A stretch of DNA of 64,000 nucleotides from NCBI GenBank assembly GCA_002708105.2, contig PAOQ02000016.1, forward strand, positions 2,272 to 66,271, given 5' to 3'. Each line of letters begins with the position of its first letter. The first letter of the stretch is position 1. The position numbers were made by a program, and so were the translations under genes. The notes below the pieces were generated by a model. It ran no database searches and was not told the DNA's origin. It was given only the letters and a program-made list of their open reading frames with translations. Source of the stretch: a bacterium (lineage in GTDB: Bacteria > Desulfobacterota_D > UBA1144). This document shows positions 27,294 to 37,120 of this stretch, piece by piece.

Positions 27294-28238
27294 ATGGAAT
27301 ATCCAAAAAGAAATAAAGTATTGATAATTGGCTCTGGCCCTGCTGGTTTGACTGCGGCAATCTATTGTGCGAGGGCAAACTTAAATCCTATAGTATTTGA
27401 AGGGTATCAAGCCGGTGGCCAGCTTACAATGACAACTGATGTTGAGAATTTCCCGGGTTTTCCTGAAGGCATCATGGGCCCAAATCTTATGGATTTATTA
27501 AGATCGCAAGCTCAAAAATTTGGTGCCAAATGCATTACAAGGCAAATTGATAATGTAAATTTTAGTAGTCAACCATTTGTTCTTCAATCTGGTAGTGATA
27601 TATTGGAAGCTGATTCTGTAATTATTTCGACCGGTGCGTCAGCAAAACTATTAGGCATTAAAGGCGAAGATAAATTTGTTGGCAAGGGTTTATCTACTTG
27701 CGCGACATGCGATGGATTCTTTTTTAAAGATAAATCTATTCATGTTATAGGTGGAGGGGATAGCGCTATGGAGGAAGCAATTTTTCTTACAAAATTTGCT
27801 TCGAAGGTAACAGTTCTTCACAGAAGAGACACGCTAAGAGCTTCAAAAATTATGGTTGATAGGGCTATAAAAAATCCAAAAATAGATTTTATTTGGAATG
27901 CCAATCCAAAAGAGTTTCTTGGTAATGATGATAAAGGGCTTAATGGTTTGATATATAAAGACACTAAAACAGGGAATGACATTAATATTGATACAGATGG
28001 AGTCTTTGTAGCTATAGGACACAATCCCAACACTTCTCTTTTTAAAGATGTATTGGATATGGACTCGAGTGGATACTTGATTACAGAGGGTAAGTCATCT
28101 AAAACAAATATCCCTGGGGTTTTTGCTTCAGGTGATGTACAAGATAGTACTTATCGACAAGCCATAACTGCCGCAGGATCGGGCTGTATGGCTGCAATAG
28201 ATGCTGAAAGATTTTTGGAGGAGAAAGGTGAACTATAG
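27294..28238 (+). CDS. trxB: Thioredoxin-disulfide reductase
   Basis: 'IIGSGPAGLTAAIY', redox 'CATCDG', 'VIGGGDSAMEEA', 'GVFASGDV'. The ATG at 27294 gives a normal N-terminus; the track's upstream TTG extension is unlikely. Confidence 0.93.
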   Translation: MEYPKRNKVLIIGSGPAGLTAAIYCARANLNPIVFEGYQAGGQLTMTTDVENFPGFPEGIMGPNLMDLLRSQAQKFGAKCITRQIDNVNFSSQPFVLQSGSDILEADSVIISTGASAKLLGIKGEDKFVGKGLSTCATCDGFFFKDKSIHVIGGGDSAMEEAIFLTKFASKVTVLHRRDTLRASKIMVDRAIKNPKIDFIWNANPKEFLGNDDKGLNGLIYKDTKTGNDINIDTDGVFVAIGHNPNTSLFKDVLDMDSSGYLITEGKSSKTNIPGVFASGDVQDSTYRQAITAAGSGCMAAIDAERFLEEKGEL

Positions 28239-29250
28239 GTCTTTTTTTAATAATAAAGATTTAATCGTTTCTGAAGTTGGATTTGGTGTATGGTCAGTAG
28301 CAACAAAATGGTGGGGGGTTACAGAAGAAAAATTATCTATATCTCTGCTTCAGCATGCTTTTGATATGGGAATAAATTTTTTTGATACTGCCGATATTTA
28401 CGGAAATGGTTACGGTGAAGAAATATTAGCTAAAGCTTTTCCATCTTCTAGAGATAAAAAGATTTATGCTACAAAGTTTGGATATGATATTTATTCAAAT
28501 AAAGGCGAACGTAAAGGACATACTGAAATGCCCCAAAAGTTTACCGGTAAAGATATAGAGTTCTCTTGCGAGCAAAGCTTAAAAAGATTAAAAACCGATT
28601 ATATAGATATTTATCAGCTGCATAATCCTCGTATGGACTTTATAAATAATGATGATGTTTTAGAGACTTTAGATAAACTGCAAAGGCAAGGAAAGATTAG
28701 ATCTTTTGGAATGGCTTTAGGTCCTGATATTGGTTGGTTAGATGAGGGATTAGATTCAATGAATCATTCACCAGAAACTTTACAGATTATATATAATTTA
28801 TTAGAACAAGAACCTTCGAAGTCTCTTTTTAAGAAAGCGAAAGAGACTAATACTTCATTAATAGCTAGAGTGCCGCATGCCTCAGGAATTATGGATGGGA
28901 GCTTTACAAAAGATAAAGTTTATTCTAAAGATGATCATAGAAGTCATAGAAGACAAAAGTGGATGGAGGCCGGCTTAGATGCCAGAGATGATTTTGAGTT
29001 TCTATTCAAAGATAATGGAAGGACTATTGGACAGGCAGCAATACTTTTTCCTCTATCTGAAAAAAATATATGTACTGTTTTGCCAAATTTCACATCTCAT
29101 GAAGAAATAGAAGAATACACTAAGGTTTCTGAGGTGCCCCCTTTTACTGAAGAAGAGATTGAGAAAATTGAAAATCTTTGGAATGAGAAACATGTCTCAT
29201 CGCTTGCTCAGCCTTTTTCAAATACTAAGACCAAACCAACCCCATCTTAA
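28228..29250 (+). CDS. Aldo/keto reductase family oxidoreductase
   Basis: 'VSEVGFGVWS', 'FFDTADIYGNGYGEEIL', 'DIYQLHNP'. The GTG at 28228 is preceded by GGAGGAG; the track ATG at 28201 would overlap trxB by 38 nt. Confidence 0.85.
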   Translation: MNYRSFFNNKDLIVSEVGFGVWSVATKWWGVTEEKLSISLLQHAFDMGINFFDTADIYGNGYGEEILAKAFPSSRDKKIYATKFGYDIYSNKGERKGHTEMPQKFTGKDIEFSCEQSLKRLKTDYIDIYQLHNPRMDFINNDDVLETLDKLQRQGKIRSFGMALGPDIGWLDEGLDSMNHSPETLQIIYNLLEQEPSKSLFKKAKETNTSLIARVPHASGIMDGSFTKDKVYSKDDHRSHRRQKWMEAGLDARDDFEFLFKDNGRTIGQAAILFPLSEKNICTVLPNFTSHEEIEEYTKVSEVPPFTEEEIEKIENLWNEKHVSSLAQPFSNTKTKPTPS

Positions 29251-30545
29251 GTTTTATTTCTTAGGAATTTTTGAAAAAATATGATTCCTAGACTTAAGGT
29301 TAGGATGTTCTTAATTAAGAGTGAAATAGCTGCTCCGTTATGGTTCATCTCGTGAATTAAATATGGAAGAGATATGCAATATGCGAAAGTAGTAATTAGA
29401 GTGGTAAGCGTTAGAAACTTAGGTTTTCCAGAAGATAGTATCGAAGGATTTACCCAATAAGCAAGATTGTGAATGATCATTGCAAAAATTAATATTTTTA
29501 ACGATAAAATGGATTCAAGGTAATCATTTCCAAAAAATAATATCACTAATGTTTCAGAGAAAAGAAAAATAATCAATCCTATTCCTAATGAAACAAAGAA
29601 TATTATTTTTGTAGTATCAAAAATAATTTTTTTGTAAGTTTCAAAATTCTTCTCTGAATATAGCTTTACTAATTCAGGGAATATGATTTCGAGAACGGGA
29701 TCCATAAGTCTTCTAATAATCTTTACTATTGCTCTTGCCGCTCTATACAGCCCTGCATAAAATGGATTTGCGAGATAACCAACTGCCAATACCCCTAGGT
29801 TCTTATCGTTTGCTATATTTAGAATATTTGAAAAATGTGCATTGAGCATAAATTTTATAAATCTAATGGAATCTTTAGAATTAGGAAGATTTGTGAAATT
29901 AAGAGGTATATTGTTCTCAATTAAAGTTTTCGAAAAATATACCAATCTTATTGTAAAACTTAATAAGTAGGATAAAACAAAACAATAAATAATATTTTGA
30001 ATATTAAAGTTAAATTTTAAAAGAGCTATACAAATTATAGATAATCTAAACATGTTTGTATAAATATTGATTTTAAATATTGCCTTATATTGATTGAAGG
30101 TCCTTAGTATTCCATCAAATGTTTCATTGATTGAAATAAATAGAACAACCAAAGAGTAGCTTATTATTAAATTTTTTGAGCTAATACTTTCATCAAAGAA
30201 TTTATCGCTAAAATTATTTGCTATTAAAAATATACATAAAAAGGAAAAAGCTGAAGATATGATATTTAATATAATACTAAGGCTAAGAAACTTTGACACT
30301 CTATTCTTATTATTCTGATCTTCTCCAATAAATTTAATTGCGGTGTCCCATATTCGAAGGCTAAGAATTATATTGCAAATTTCAACAATTGAAATAATCA
30401 TTGAGAAAATTCCAAATTTTTCAACACCTAAAAATCTTCCTATTAAAAGTATTGTAGCTGCTGACAATATACCGCCTGCAATCTTTGCAGCACCCAGAAT
30501 CTTAAAGTTTTTTTTGATTCTTGTAGTTAAATCTTGATAGCTCAT
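29247..30545 (-). CDS. Polysaccharide/oligosaccharide flippase (MOP/Wzx-like)
   Basis: 432 aa with 12 or more TM segments. Layout is typical of polysaccharide biosynthesis (Wzx) exporters. It overlaps the upstream gene by 4 nt. Confidence 0.65.
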   Translation of the reverse strand: MSYQDLTTRIKKNFKILGAAKIAGGILSAATILLIGRFLGVEKFGIFSMIISIVEICNIILSLRIWDTAIKFIGEDQNNKNRVSKFLSLSIILNIISSAFSFLCIFLIANNFSDKFFDESISSKNLIISYSLVVLFISINETFDGILRTFNQYKAIFKINIYTNMFRLSIICIALLKFNFNIQNIIYCFVLSYLLSFTIRLVYFSKTLIENNIPLNFTNLPNSKDSIRFIKFMLNAHFSNILNIANDKNLGVLAVGYLANPFYAGLYRAARAIVKIIRRLMDPVLEIIFPELVKLYSEKNFETYKKIIFDTTKIIFFVSLGIGLIIFLFSETLVILFFGNDYLESILSLKILIFAMIIHNLAYWVNPSILSSGKPKFLTLTTLITTFAYCISLPYLIHEMNHNGAAISLLIKNILTLSLGIIFFQKFLRNKT

Positions 30546-32116
30546 TTAATCTCTCTTATTTTGTGCAATCCAAGATCTTTATTCTTTTTTAGATAGTCTA
30601 TGATTCTAGAATCAAAATTATGAATTTTTTTGTTTAAGGATATACAGTTCAAATCTCTATCCCCAGATAAAGTCTTATATGGTTTTTCGCATATCGGTGG
30701 GATACTTATATACTTATTGTCGAGTTTTTTTATTCTTAAATTAAAGTCGTTAATTGTTTCAATCTCTGAAAACAAAGGAAGGTAGTATGGCTTTAAAGGT
30801 ATCAAGTCAACTCTTAGATAGTCTAGATGCCTATCTCCGAAAATTATTCCATCCCCTTCTTTCAATGATATATGTCTACCTTTTATATTTTCTATGTTCT
30901 CAGAATAGGTAATACCACTAAAGGATATTTGCTTATAGATAACATTATATCCAAAGGATATAGATCCAAGTAGTACTAATAATAAATACATCCCTTTAAT
31001 ATTAGGAAAATTAAAATTAGATCTTGATAAGATTTTATATCCGAATCCTATAAAAAATAAAATTGATGAAGGGAATAGTATTCTGTATGAAAAAGGGGAA
31101 AACCATATAGTTAACCGCCAAAGTAAAACAATTAAAAGATAGAAAAGCGCTAAGTTTATAAAATTATTTCCTAATTGGTTCATGCTAGGTTCACGAACTT
31201 TAGTCTTCTTAACATAGAAAATACTAAAGAATATAAAAGCAGCTGATAATATCGATGATAGGATTGAGAAGATTGGATAACTGGAAAGTCTTACGCTAGC
31301 CATAATAAAATTAAGCTCTTCAAAAATTTTTTTAGTAAATTGTAATATTATATCTATTGATGATTCGTAGGTTAAATATGCGTGAGGATATGTGAAAAAA
31401 CCTGTAAAGTGTTTATTCATATATAAATATGAGCACATGTAAATACCACATAAAGTAAATAATATGAAAAAGTATTTTGAATTTGGGCTTTTAGATCTCA
31501 ATGATCTTAAAATTAAAAATAAGTTAAAAATAATTAGGTAGCCCCCGATATATCTTGACGAAAAAGCTATGACAAAAGAAATAAATCCTATTATTACATT
31601 AATTCTTCCAGATTTATTTGTAATGTTATGTGTCGAATAAGCATATGATATTAGGCCAACAACAAATAAATTTTCTGTAAGGGTATATGAGAAAATATTA
31701 AGAAAACTACCAGCAAGGAAGAAAAAACCTATAAATGAATAACCATATGGAGTTTTTCTATAAATGATTAAAAAAATTATTAATATGCATAAAATATTTA
31801 ACAGTTTTGATGACCAAAATACATCAAGATTTGTTAAAGAGGATAAAAAGGAAACAAGAAGTGGGTACCCCAAGGGCCACATACTAAAAAAATTTATCTC
31901 TCCACTATTTGTCCATGAATATAAGTAAAATGAGTTGTTAAGATTAAAATTTTCAGCAAATTTAAGAAAATGTGTAGAGTCAGTTGTCAAAAAGCCATTT
32001 GTATCTGTAAAGCTATTCGTTAGGATAGAGACGCTCAACAAAATAAAAGTAAAAATATAGAAGTATTGTTCTTTCTCTTCAATATTTATGTTTAAAATTT
32101 TTCTCAACATTCTCAT
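30542..32116 (-). CDS. Large polytopic membrane protein, GT-C-type (ArnT/PMT-like) glycosyltransferase candidate
   Basis: 524 aa. An N-terminal block of about 11 TM segments is followed by a soluble C-terminal domain. The context (flippase, GtrA, epimerase) supports a glycan role. Confidence 0.5.
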   Translation of the reverse strand: MRMLRKILNINIEEKEQYFYIFTFILLSVSILTNSFTDTNGFLTTDSTHFLKFAENFNLNNSFYLYSWTNSGEINFFSMWPLGYPLLVSFLSSLTNLDVFWSSKLLNILCILIIFLIIYRKTPYGYSFIGFFFLAGSFLNIFSYTLTENLFVVGLISYAYSTHNITNKSGRINVIIGFISFVIAFSSRYIGGYLIIFNLFLILRSLRSKSPNSKYFFILFTLCGIYMCSYLYMNKHFTGFFTYPHAYLTYESSIDIILQFTKKIFEELNFIMASVRLSSYPIFSILSSILSAAFIFFSIFYVKKTKVREPSMNQLGNNFINLALFYLLIVLLWRLTIWFSPFSYRILFPSSILFFIGFGYKILSRSNFNFPNIKGMYLLLVLLGSISFGYNVIYKQISFSGITYSENIENIKGRHISLKEGDGIIFGDRHLDYLRVDLIPLKPYYLPLFSEIETINDFNLRIKKLDNKYISIPPICEKPYKTLSGDRDLNCISLNKKIHNFDSRIIDYLKKNKDLGLHKIREIK

Positions 32117-32155
32117 GAACTAGTTAATTATAACTTTAGATTACATTATTATAGT

Positions 32156-32605
32156 TTGACTAATGAATCAATTAAATTTATTATCCCTTTCAAATCAATG
32201 CTAAAAATCATCCAATATATAATAATGCTCATAAAAGACCCAAAAACCTATAAATGGGCTATGGTTGGGATTTTTGCATTAATTTGTGATTATAATCTTT
32301 ACAAATTTTTATTAGCTAAGATTGATATGGATATAGCAAAAGGAATATCAACTTTCTTGGGGGTAAATATATCCTTTCATTTTAATAGGCTTTGGACCTT
32401 CCAGTCAATTGGTTCTTATTTCGATGATTTAAAAAGATACATTGCATTATACGTAATAGCTATTTCAGTTAATGTGATAGTTAACAATATTGCTTATAAG
32501 ATTTTTGATGATATAAACTTAGCCTTTTTTATTGCGTTATTTGTTGCAGTCACTATTGGTTATTTTGGTCAAAGACTATGGGTTTTTAAAAATCGAGTAA
32601 AATAG
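32156..32605 (+). CDS. GtrA-like membrane protein
   Basis: Four TM segments. 'HFNRLWTFQS' and 'YFGQRLWVFK' match the GtrA-family pattern. Start uncertain, with in-frame ATGs at 32198 and 32225. Confidence 0.7.
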   Translation: MTNESIKFIIPFKSMLKIIQYIIMLIKDPKTYKWAMVGIFALICDYNLYKFLLAKIDMDIAKGISTFLGVNISFHFNRLWTFQSIGSYFDDLKRYIALYVIAISVNVIVNNIAYKIFDDINLAFFIALFVAVTIGYFGQRLWVFKNRVK

Positions 32606-32624
32606 GTATGTTATTCTTAGTTCT

Positions 32625-33611
32625 ATGAAAAATGTTTTAGTTACAGGTTCATCTGGATTTATCGGCTACCATCTATCTCTGTTATATCTAAAAAAAGGTT
32701 TTAGAGTTTTTGGTATAGATGATATGGGTGATGGATATGATGTGAAGTTAAAACAATGGAGACTGAAGGAACTAAAAAAACATGATAATTTCATATTTGA
32801 TAAAATTGATATTTCATTAGAAAAAAAACTTGGGAATTATTTTTTAAAAAATTTTAAAAAAAATAAAATTGAAACAATCATTAATTTGGCAGCAGGGACA
32901 GGAGTTAGAAAGTCAACTCTTCATCCAAATTCATATTATCAGTCAAATTTAATGGGGGTGCTAAACCTTATTAAATTAAGTAGAAAATTCAATGTTAAAT
33001 CTTTTGTTCAAGCATCAACTTCCAGTGTCTATGGAGATAGCAAAGAAAAAAGTTTTAAAATCAATAGCGAAACAAGTAAGCCTGATTCAATTTATGCAGC
33101 TTCAAAGAAAGCATCAGAGGTCTTATTGCATGCATATCACTCATTGTACAAACAGAATATAAGTATCTTACGTTTTTTTACTGTTTATGGACCCTGCGGA
33201 AGGCCAGACATGGCACCATTTATTTTTACACAAGCTGCCATAAATAATAGATTAATTAATGTATTTGGGACAGGTAATCAAAAGCGGGACTTTACATATA
33301 TAGATGATATTGTTCAGGGTATTTATAAATCATCTAAATTACGAGGTTTAAACTATCTTAATTTGGGGAACAATAGACCTGTTTCTATAAATAATTTAAT
33401 TAAAATTATTTCTCAACTTGCAAATAAAAAAATCAAGAGAGTACATAAGCCATCCACACCGGAGGATGTTTTTTATACTTCTGCGGACATAAGTAAAACA
33501 AAGAGGATTATGAAGTGGGAGCCAAAGACCAATTTGGAGAAGGGAATATTTAAAACTTATAATTGGCATATTGAAAATAACAAATGGTTAAAAAAGATAA
33601 AAGTCTCATAG
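32625..33611 (+). CDS. NAD-dependent nucleotide-sugar epimerase/dehydratase (UDP-glucuronate 4-epimerase-like)
   Basis: 'VTGSSGFIGYHL' (GxxGxxG), 'ASTSSVYG', 'YAASKKASE' (YxxxK), 'RFFTVYGPCGRPDMA'. Confidence 0.88.
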   Translation: MKNVLVTGSSGFIGYHLSLLYLKKGFRVFGIDDMGDGYDVKLKQWRLKELKKHDNFIFDKIDISLEKKLGNYFLKNFKKNKIETIINLAAGTGVRKSTLHPNSYYQSNLMGVLNLIKLSRKFNVKSFVQASTSSVYGDSKEKSFKINSETSKPDSIYAASKKASEVLLHAYHSLYKQNISILRFFTVYGPCGRPDMAPFIFTQAAINNRLINVFGTGNQKRDFTYIDDIVQGIYKSSKLRGLNYLNLGNNRPVSINNLIKIISQLANKKIKRVHKPSTPEDVFYTSADISKTKRIMKWEPKTNLEKGIFKTYNWHIENNKWLKKIKVS

Positions 33612-34693
33612 AAGAATTTGTTGAAATTTCTAAATATTTTGGACAAAGATTTGATCTAACTCAAGCTGCTGGTGGGAACTCTTCAATTAAGATAGGGAAG
33701 AAGATGTACATTAAATCAAGTGGCTATTCATTGTCAGAAGTAAGCCTAGACAATGGGTATACAATTTTAGACAATCTTCAGTTGGTTAAGTTTTTGAACA
33801 ATATTAAGAACAGCGAAATTAACCAAAGAGTAGAAAAAAAATCGATTAAAATCTTGAGAGAGTCGGTTCTTCATGGTCCGAGCCCTTCAATAGAATCCTA
33901 TTCACATACATTATTGAAAAAATATACTATTCATATACATCCGATAGCCAGCAATATAGTATCGGTTGATAAAGAATCAAGAGAGCTATTTTTTAAGGTT
34001 TTAAGAAACAATAAAGAAACAGAGAAGGTTTTCTATATTAACTATCAGCCTCCAGGTATTGACCTAGCTAATGAGATAACTAAAATAATATCCAAAGACG
34101 GAAGCCCTTTAAATGATTATCATACTTTGATATTCTTTTTAGAGAATCATGGGTTAATCTGTTCTGCAGATACAAAATCTGATTTAATAGATACTGTTGA
34201 AAGATTTGTAAAAAAATTTGAGAGTTATTTAGGAATTGACTTAACTCGATACAAGATGACTACTAAAATTTCACAAATTCTTTGGGATTGTTCTTATAAA
34301 AACTTAACTTGTTTTTATAGCGAAGATTCATATATTCAAAACCATATTTCAGTTAAGAATTCTAAGAGTTTTAGAAAACCTTTAAATCCAGATCAATTAT
34401 TGTACTGTGGAGAGGCACCTTTGATAATCAAGACCTCTTTAAAAAGAGAGATAATCGCTTACTTAAGGAAGTATAATACTTTTCCACGAGTTGTAATTAT
34501 TAAGAAAGATATCTACTTTGTTGCCGCAAATGTATTAAAGGCTCGTGAAAAAGAGGATGTATTCAAGGCACAACTATATTTTAATTCCAAGAAAACCTCG
34601 AATCGACCTTTGACTAAGAGTGAAATTGATAAACTAAGATCGTATAATTTATTTAAGAATAGATTAAGATTTTGGTTTGATTACACTAAGTAG
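33584..34693 (+). CDS. Class II aldolase/adducin-like domain protein (stand-alone homolog of the N-terminal half of bifunctional aldolase/short-chain dehydrogenases)
   Basis: 'AAGGNSSIK....YIKSSGYSLSEV' parallels 'GGGNTSxK...VKGSGxDL' of that family, quoted from memory. It overlaps the epimerase by 28 nt. Confidence 0.55.
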   Translation: MVKKDKSLIEEFVEISKYFGQRFDLTQAAGGNSSIKIGKKMYIKSSGYSLSEVSLDNGYTILDNLQLVKFLNNIKNSEINQRVEKKSIKILRESVLHGPSPSIESYSHTLLKKYTIHIHPIASNIVSVDKESRELFFKVLRNNKETEKVFYINYQPPGIDLANEITKIISKDGSPLNDYHTLIFFLENHGLICSADTKSDLIDTVERFVKKFESYLGIDLTRYKMTTKISQILWDCSYKNLTCFYSEDSYIQNHISVKNSKSFRKPLNPDQLLYCGEAPLIIKTSLKREIIAYLRKYNTFPRVVIIKKDIYFVAANVLKAREKEDVFKAQLYFNSKKTSNRPLTKSEIDKLRSYNLFKNRLRFWFDYTK

Positions 34694-35002
34694 TTTGCTA
34701 ATCTTGTATCGGTTTCTAGCAATTAATTTATATATAAAATTAGAGAATATTTTTGGAACAATCTTCAATATTTTTATATAAAGATATGGCTTTTTGGTTG
34801 CCTCCATTGATTTTATAATAGCTTCAACGCCGAAATAGTATTGACCATTATCTTTAAAAACTAACTCATCTCTCATCTTTAAATTATTATCTAAATTATT
34901 TATATCATTAACTTCTAATTTTAAGGATTTATCAGAGTTAATATAGGATTCGTAAGAGTTACAAATCTTACAAGATTTATCAATATATAGTTTATTTGCC
35001 AC
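34664..35002 (-). CDS. DCC-family thiol-disulfide oxidoreductase (DUF393)
   Basis: N-terminal 'YIDKSCKICNSY' (DxxCxxC) in a protein of about 110 aa. Confidence 0.6.
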   Translation of the reverse strand: MANKLYIDKSCKICNSYESYINSDKSLKLEVNDINNLDNNLKMRDELVFKDNGQYYFGVEAIIKSMEATKKPYLYIKILKIVPKIFSNFIYKLIARNRYKISKLLSVIKPKS

Positions 35003-35039
35003 TAATGTAGTGTAACTATTAATGATAGAATATTTAAAT

Positions 35040-35111
35040 CCGCTTATAGTGTAATGGATAACACACTTGACTTCGGATCAAGTAATTGGGGTTCGAATCC
35101 TCATAAGCGGG
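35040..35111 (+). tRNA. tRNA-Arg (anticodon UCG)
   Basis: Cloverleaf folded by hand. Acceptor CCGCTTA/TAAGCGG, D-stem GTGT/ACAC with a GG loop, anticodon stem CTTGA/TCAAG with loop CT-TCG-GA, T-arm TGGGG-TTCGAAT-CCTCA, discriminator G. CCA is not encoded. Confidence 0.9.
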
Positions 35112-35123
35112 ATTTTCTTGCTG

Positions 35124-36857
35124 TTAAAGTGAACCATATATAGGTAACTTATTTTTTATGAGATTATAAAGCTCATCTTTAATATCTTTTGGTGTGCTGA
35201 GTTCTAAGCATTGATTAAAGATATTCTCACAATCCTTAAGTGAGAGATCATGAATAACTTTCTTTATTTTTGGTATCGAATAATAATTCATACTTAATTC
35301 TCTTACACCCATAGCAACGAAAAGAGGAAGGCAGTTTACATCGTTAGCCATTTCGCCGCAAATTGAAATATATGTGCCCTTAGGTACGTTTTCTTTTATT
35401 AGTTTTAACATCCTAAGCACTGATGGTTGATAATGAGATATTATATCCTCAAGAGTTTCGTTTGTTCTATCTGCTGCAATAGTGTATTGAATTAAGTCGT
35501 TAGTTCCGATACTTACGAAGTCAACACTGTCACATATTTCCTTTATTAACAAAACTGCCGAAGGTGTCTCGATCACAACTCCAATAGAAATTAAATTTGG
35601 ATCAATATCGTAAGAATCTTGGACCTCTTTTATTGTTTTTATTGATTTATCTAGCTCAATTAGATTTGAGATCATTGGCAAAAGTATTCTTATTTTTTTA
35701 TTTTTCTTTTCAACTACTTTTAATATTGCATTTAGTTGTGTCTTAAATGTAGCAGGATTTGCTAAGGAATATCTAATTCCTCGTAGTCCTAAAGCAGGAT
35801 TGTTTTCTAAATGCGTATAATCTTGGATTTTGTCTCCACCAATATCAAGAGTCCTAATTGTAACTTCATCAAAAAGATTTTCATCAAACAGGCTAGCATA
35901 GTCATTAAATTGCTCATCGAGCGACGGAAATATTTCATTGTTTGTAAATAAGAATTCAGTTCTATACATGCCAATTCCTTCAGCGCCATATTTTGAAGCC
36001 ATTCTTACTTCCGATGAAATTTCAATATTAGCTTTAATAGATATTGTTTTTTTATCTTTAGTTTCACCTGATAACTTAGAAAATTTGAAGAGGTCTTTTT
36101 GAAAGGATAGATAATCTTTTTTAAGAATATCCAATTCGTCTTTTTCAACTTTATTAACTTTCCATTTTACCTTCCCTTTGTATCCATCAACATATATTTT
36201 TTGGCCAGGCTTAATTAGCGTACTTATGTCTATCATTGACATTATAGTAGGAATACCAAGAGATCTAGCAATAATCGCTGTATGAGACGTAGTTCCACCT
36301 AAGTCTGTCAATATTCCGTTAACTTTACCGTTTTTACAATACTTTAAAGCATCAATTGGTGACAAATCGTGAGCTACTAATATAGTATTATTCTTGATTT
36401 GAATAAAATTTTGATTTAACCCTCTTAAGTTTTTCGTTATTCTTTCAGCAATATAATAAAAATCAGCAAGCCTTTCTTGCATGTATAAGTCTTTCACAAA
36501 TGCGAATTCTTTACTCTTATTAGTTAAAACTTCATTAAGTGCCCATTCTGCGTTTATTTGCTTTTTTGTTATAAGCTCTATTATTTCAGTTGCAAGTATC
36601 TCATCTTCTAAAATCAAGATATTAAAATCAAGAATCTCTATATGCTCGATTTTATATTCATTATCAATATTTAATTTCATTCTTCTTATTTCATTCTTTG
36701 AAACTTCTACTGCAGACTGAAACTTATTAACTTCCTTAACAATTTCGCTAGATTTTATTTTTCTTCTCTCTACAACTGTTTTGGCTTGATTAATTAACAA
36801 TGCATTACCAACAGAAAATCCAGGAGAAATAGCAATACCCGTTCTTTCTATACTCAT
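35124..36857 (-). CDS. ptsI: Phosphoenolpyruvate-protein phosphotransferase (PTS enzyme I)
   Basis: 'GGTTSHTAIIARSLGIP' (active His), 'GMYRTEFLF', 'SIGTNDLIQY'. 577 aa with no GAF domain. Confidence 0.92.
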   Translation of the reverse strand: MSIERTGIAISPGFSVGNALLINQAKTVVERRKIKSSEIVKEVNKFQSAVEVSKNEIRRMKLNIDNEYKIEHIEILDFNILILEDEILATEIIELITKKQINAEWALNEVLTNKSKEFAFVKDLYMQERLADFYYIAERITKNLRGLNQNFIQIKNNTILVAHDLSPIDALKYCKNGKVNGILTDLGGTTSHTAIIARSLGIPTIMSMIDISTLIKPGQKIYVDGYKGKVKWKVNKVEKDELDILKKDYLSFQKDLFKFSKLSGETKDKKTISIKANIEISSEVRMASKYGAEGIGMYRTEFLFTNNEIFPSLDEQFNDYASLFDENLFDEVTIRTLDIGGDKIQDYTHLENNPALGLRGIRYSLANPATFKTQLNAILKVVEKKNKKIRILLPMISNLIELDKSIKTIKEVQDSYDIDPNLISIGVVIETPSAVLLIKEICDSVDFVSIGTNDLIQYTIAADRTNETLEDIISHYQPSVLRMLKLIKENVPKGTYISICGEMANDVNCLPLFVAMGVRELSMNYYSIPKIKKVIHDLSLKDCENIFNQCLELSTPKDIKDELYNLIKNKLPIYGSL

Positions 36858-37120
36858 GAATCTTCTCCAAATTTACTATCAAACAGTTCGGTTATTTTTT
36901 TCATAGCGTATTCTTCGTCATTTCCTGTAATATTAATTTCTATTTCTGTACCCTTGCTTGCCGCTAGAGATAAAATACCCAGAATACTCTTTGCATCAAT
37001 TTCCAGGTTTTCTTTTGAAATTTTAATTTCTGATTCGAATTGATTTGTAATATTCACAAGTTTAGACGAAGCCCTTGCATGTAAGCCTAGTTTGTTTGAT
37101 ACTTTAATTTTCCTTTTCAT
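36854..37120 (-). CDS. ptsH: Phosphocarrier protein HPr
   Basis: 'NKLGLHARASSKLV' (His-15 region), 'DAKSILGILSLAASKGTEI' (Ser-46 region). 88 aa. Confidence 0.9.
   Translation of the reverse strand: MKRKIKVSNKLGLHARASSKLVNITNQFESEIKISKENLEIDAKSILGILSLAASKGTEIEINITGNDEEYAMKKITELFDSKFGEDS

Noticed and set aside
27516-27530. TGGCAC-like sequence on the minus strand inside trxB.
   Set aside because: It is inside a coding region on the antisense strand, the -12 element is TTTG rather than TTGC, and there is no downstream gene to drive.
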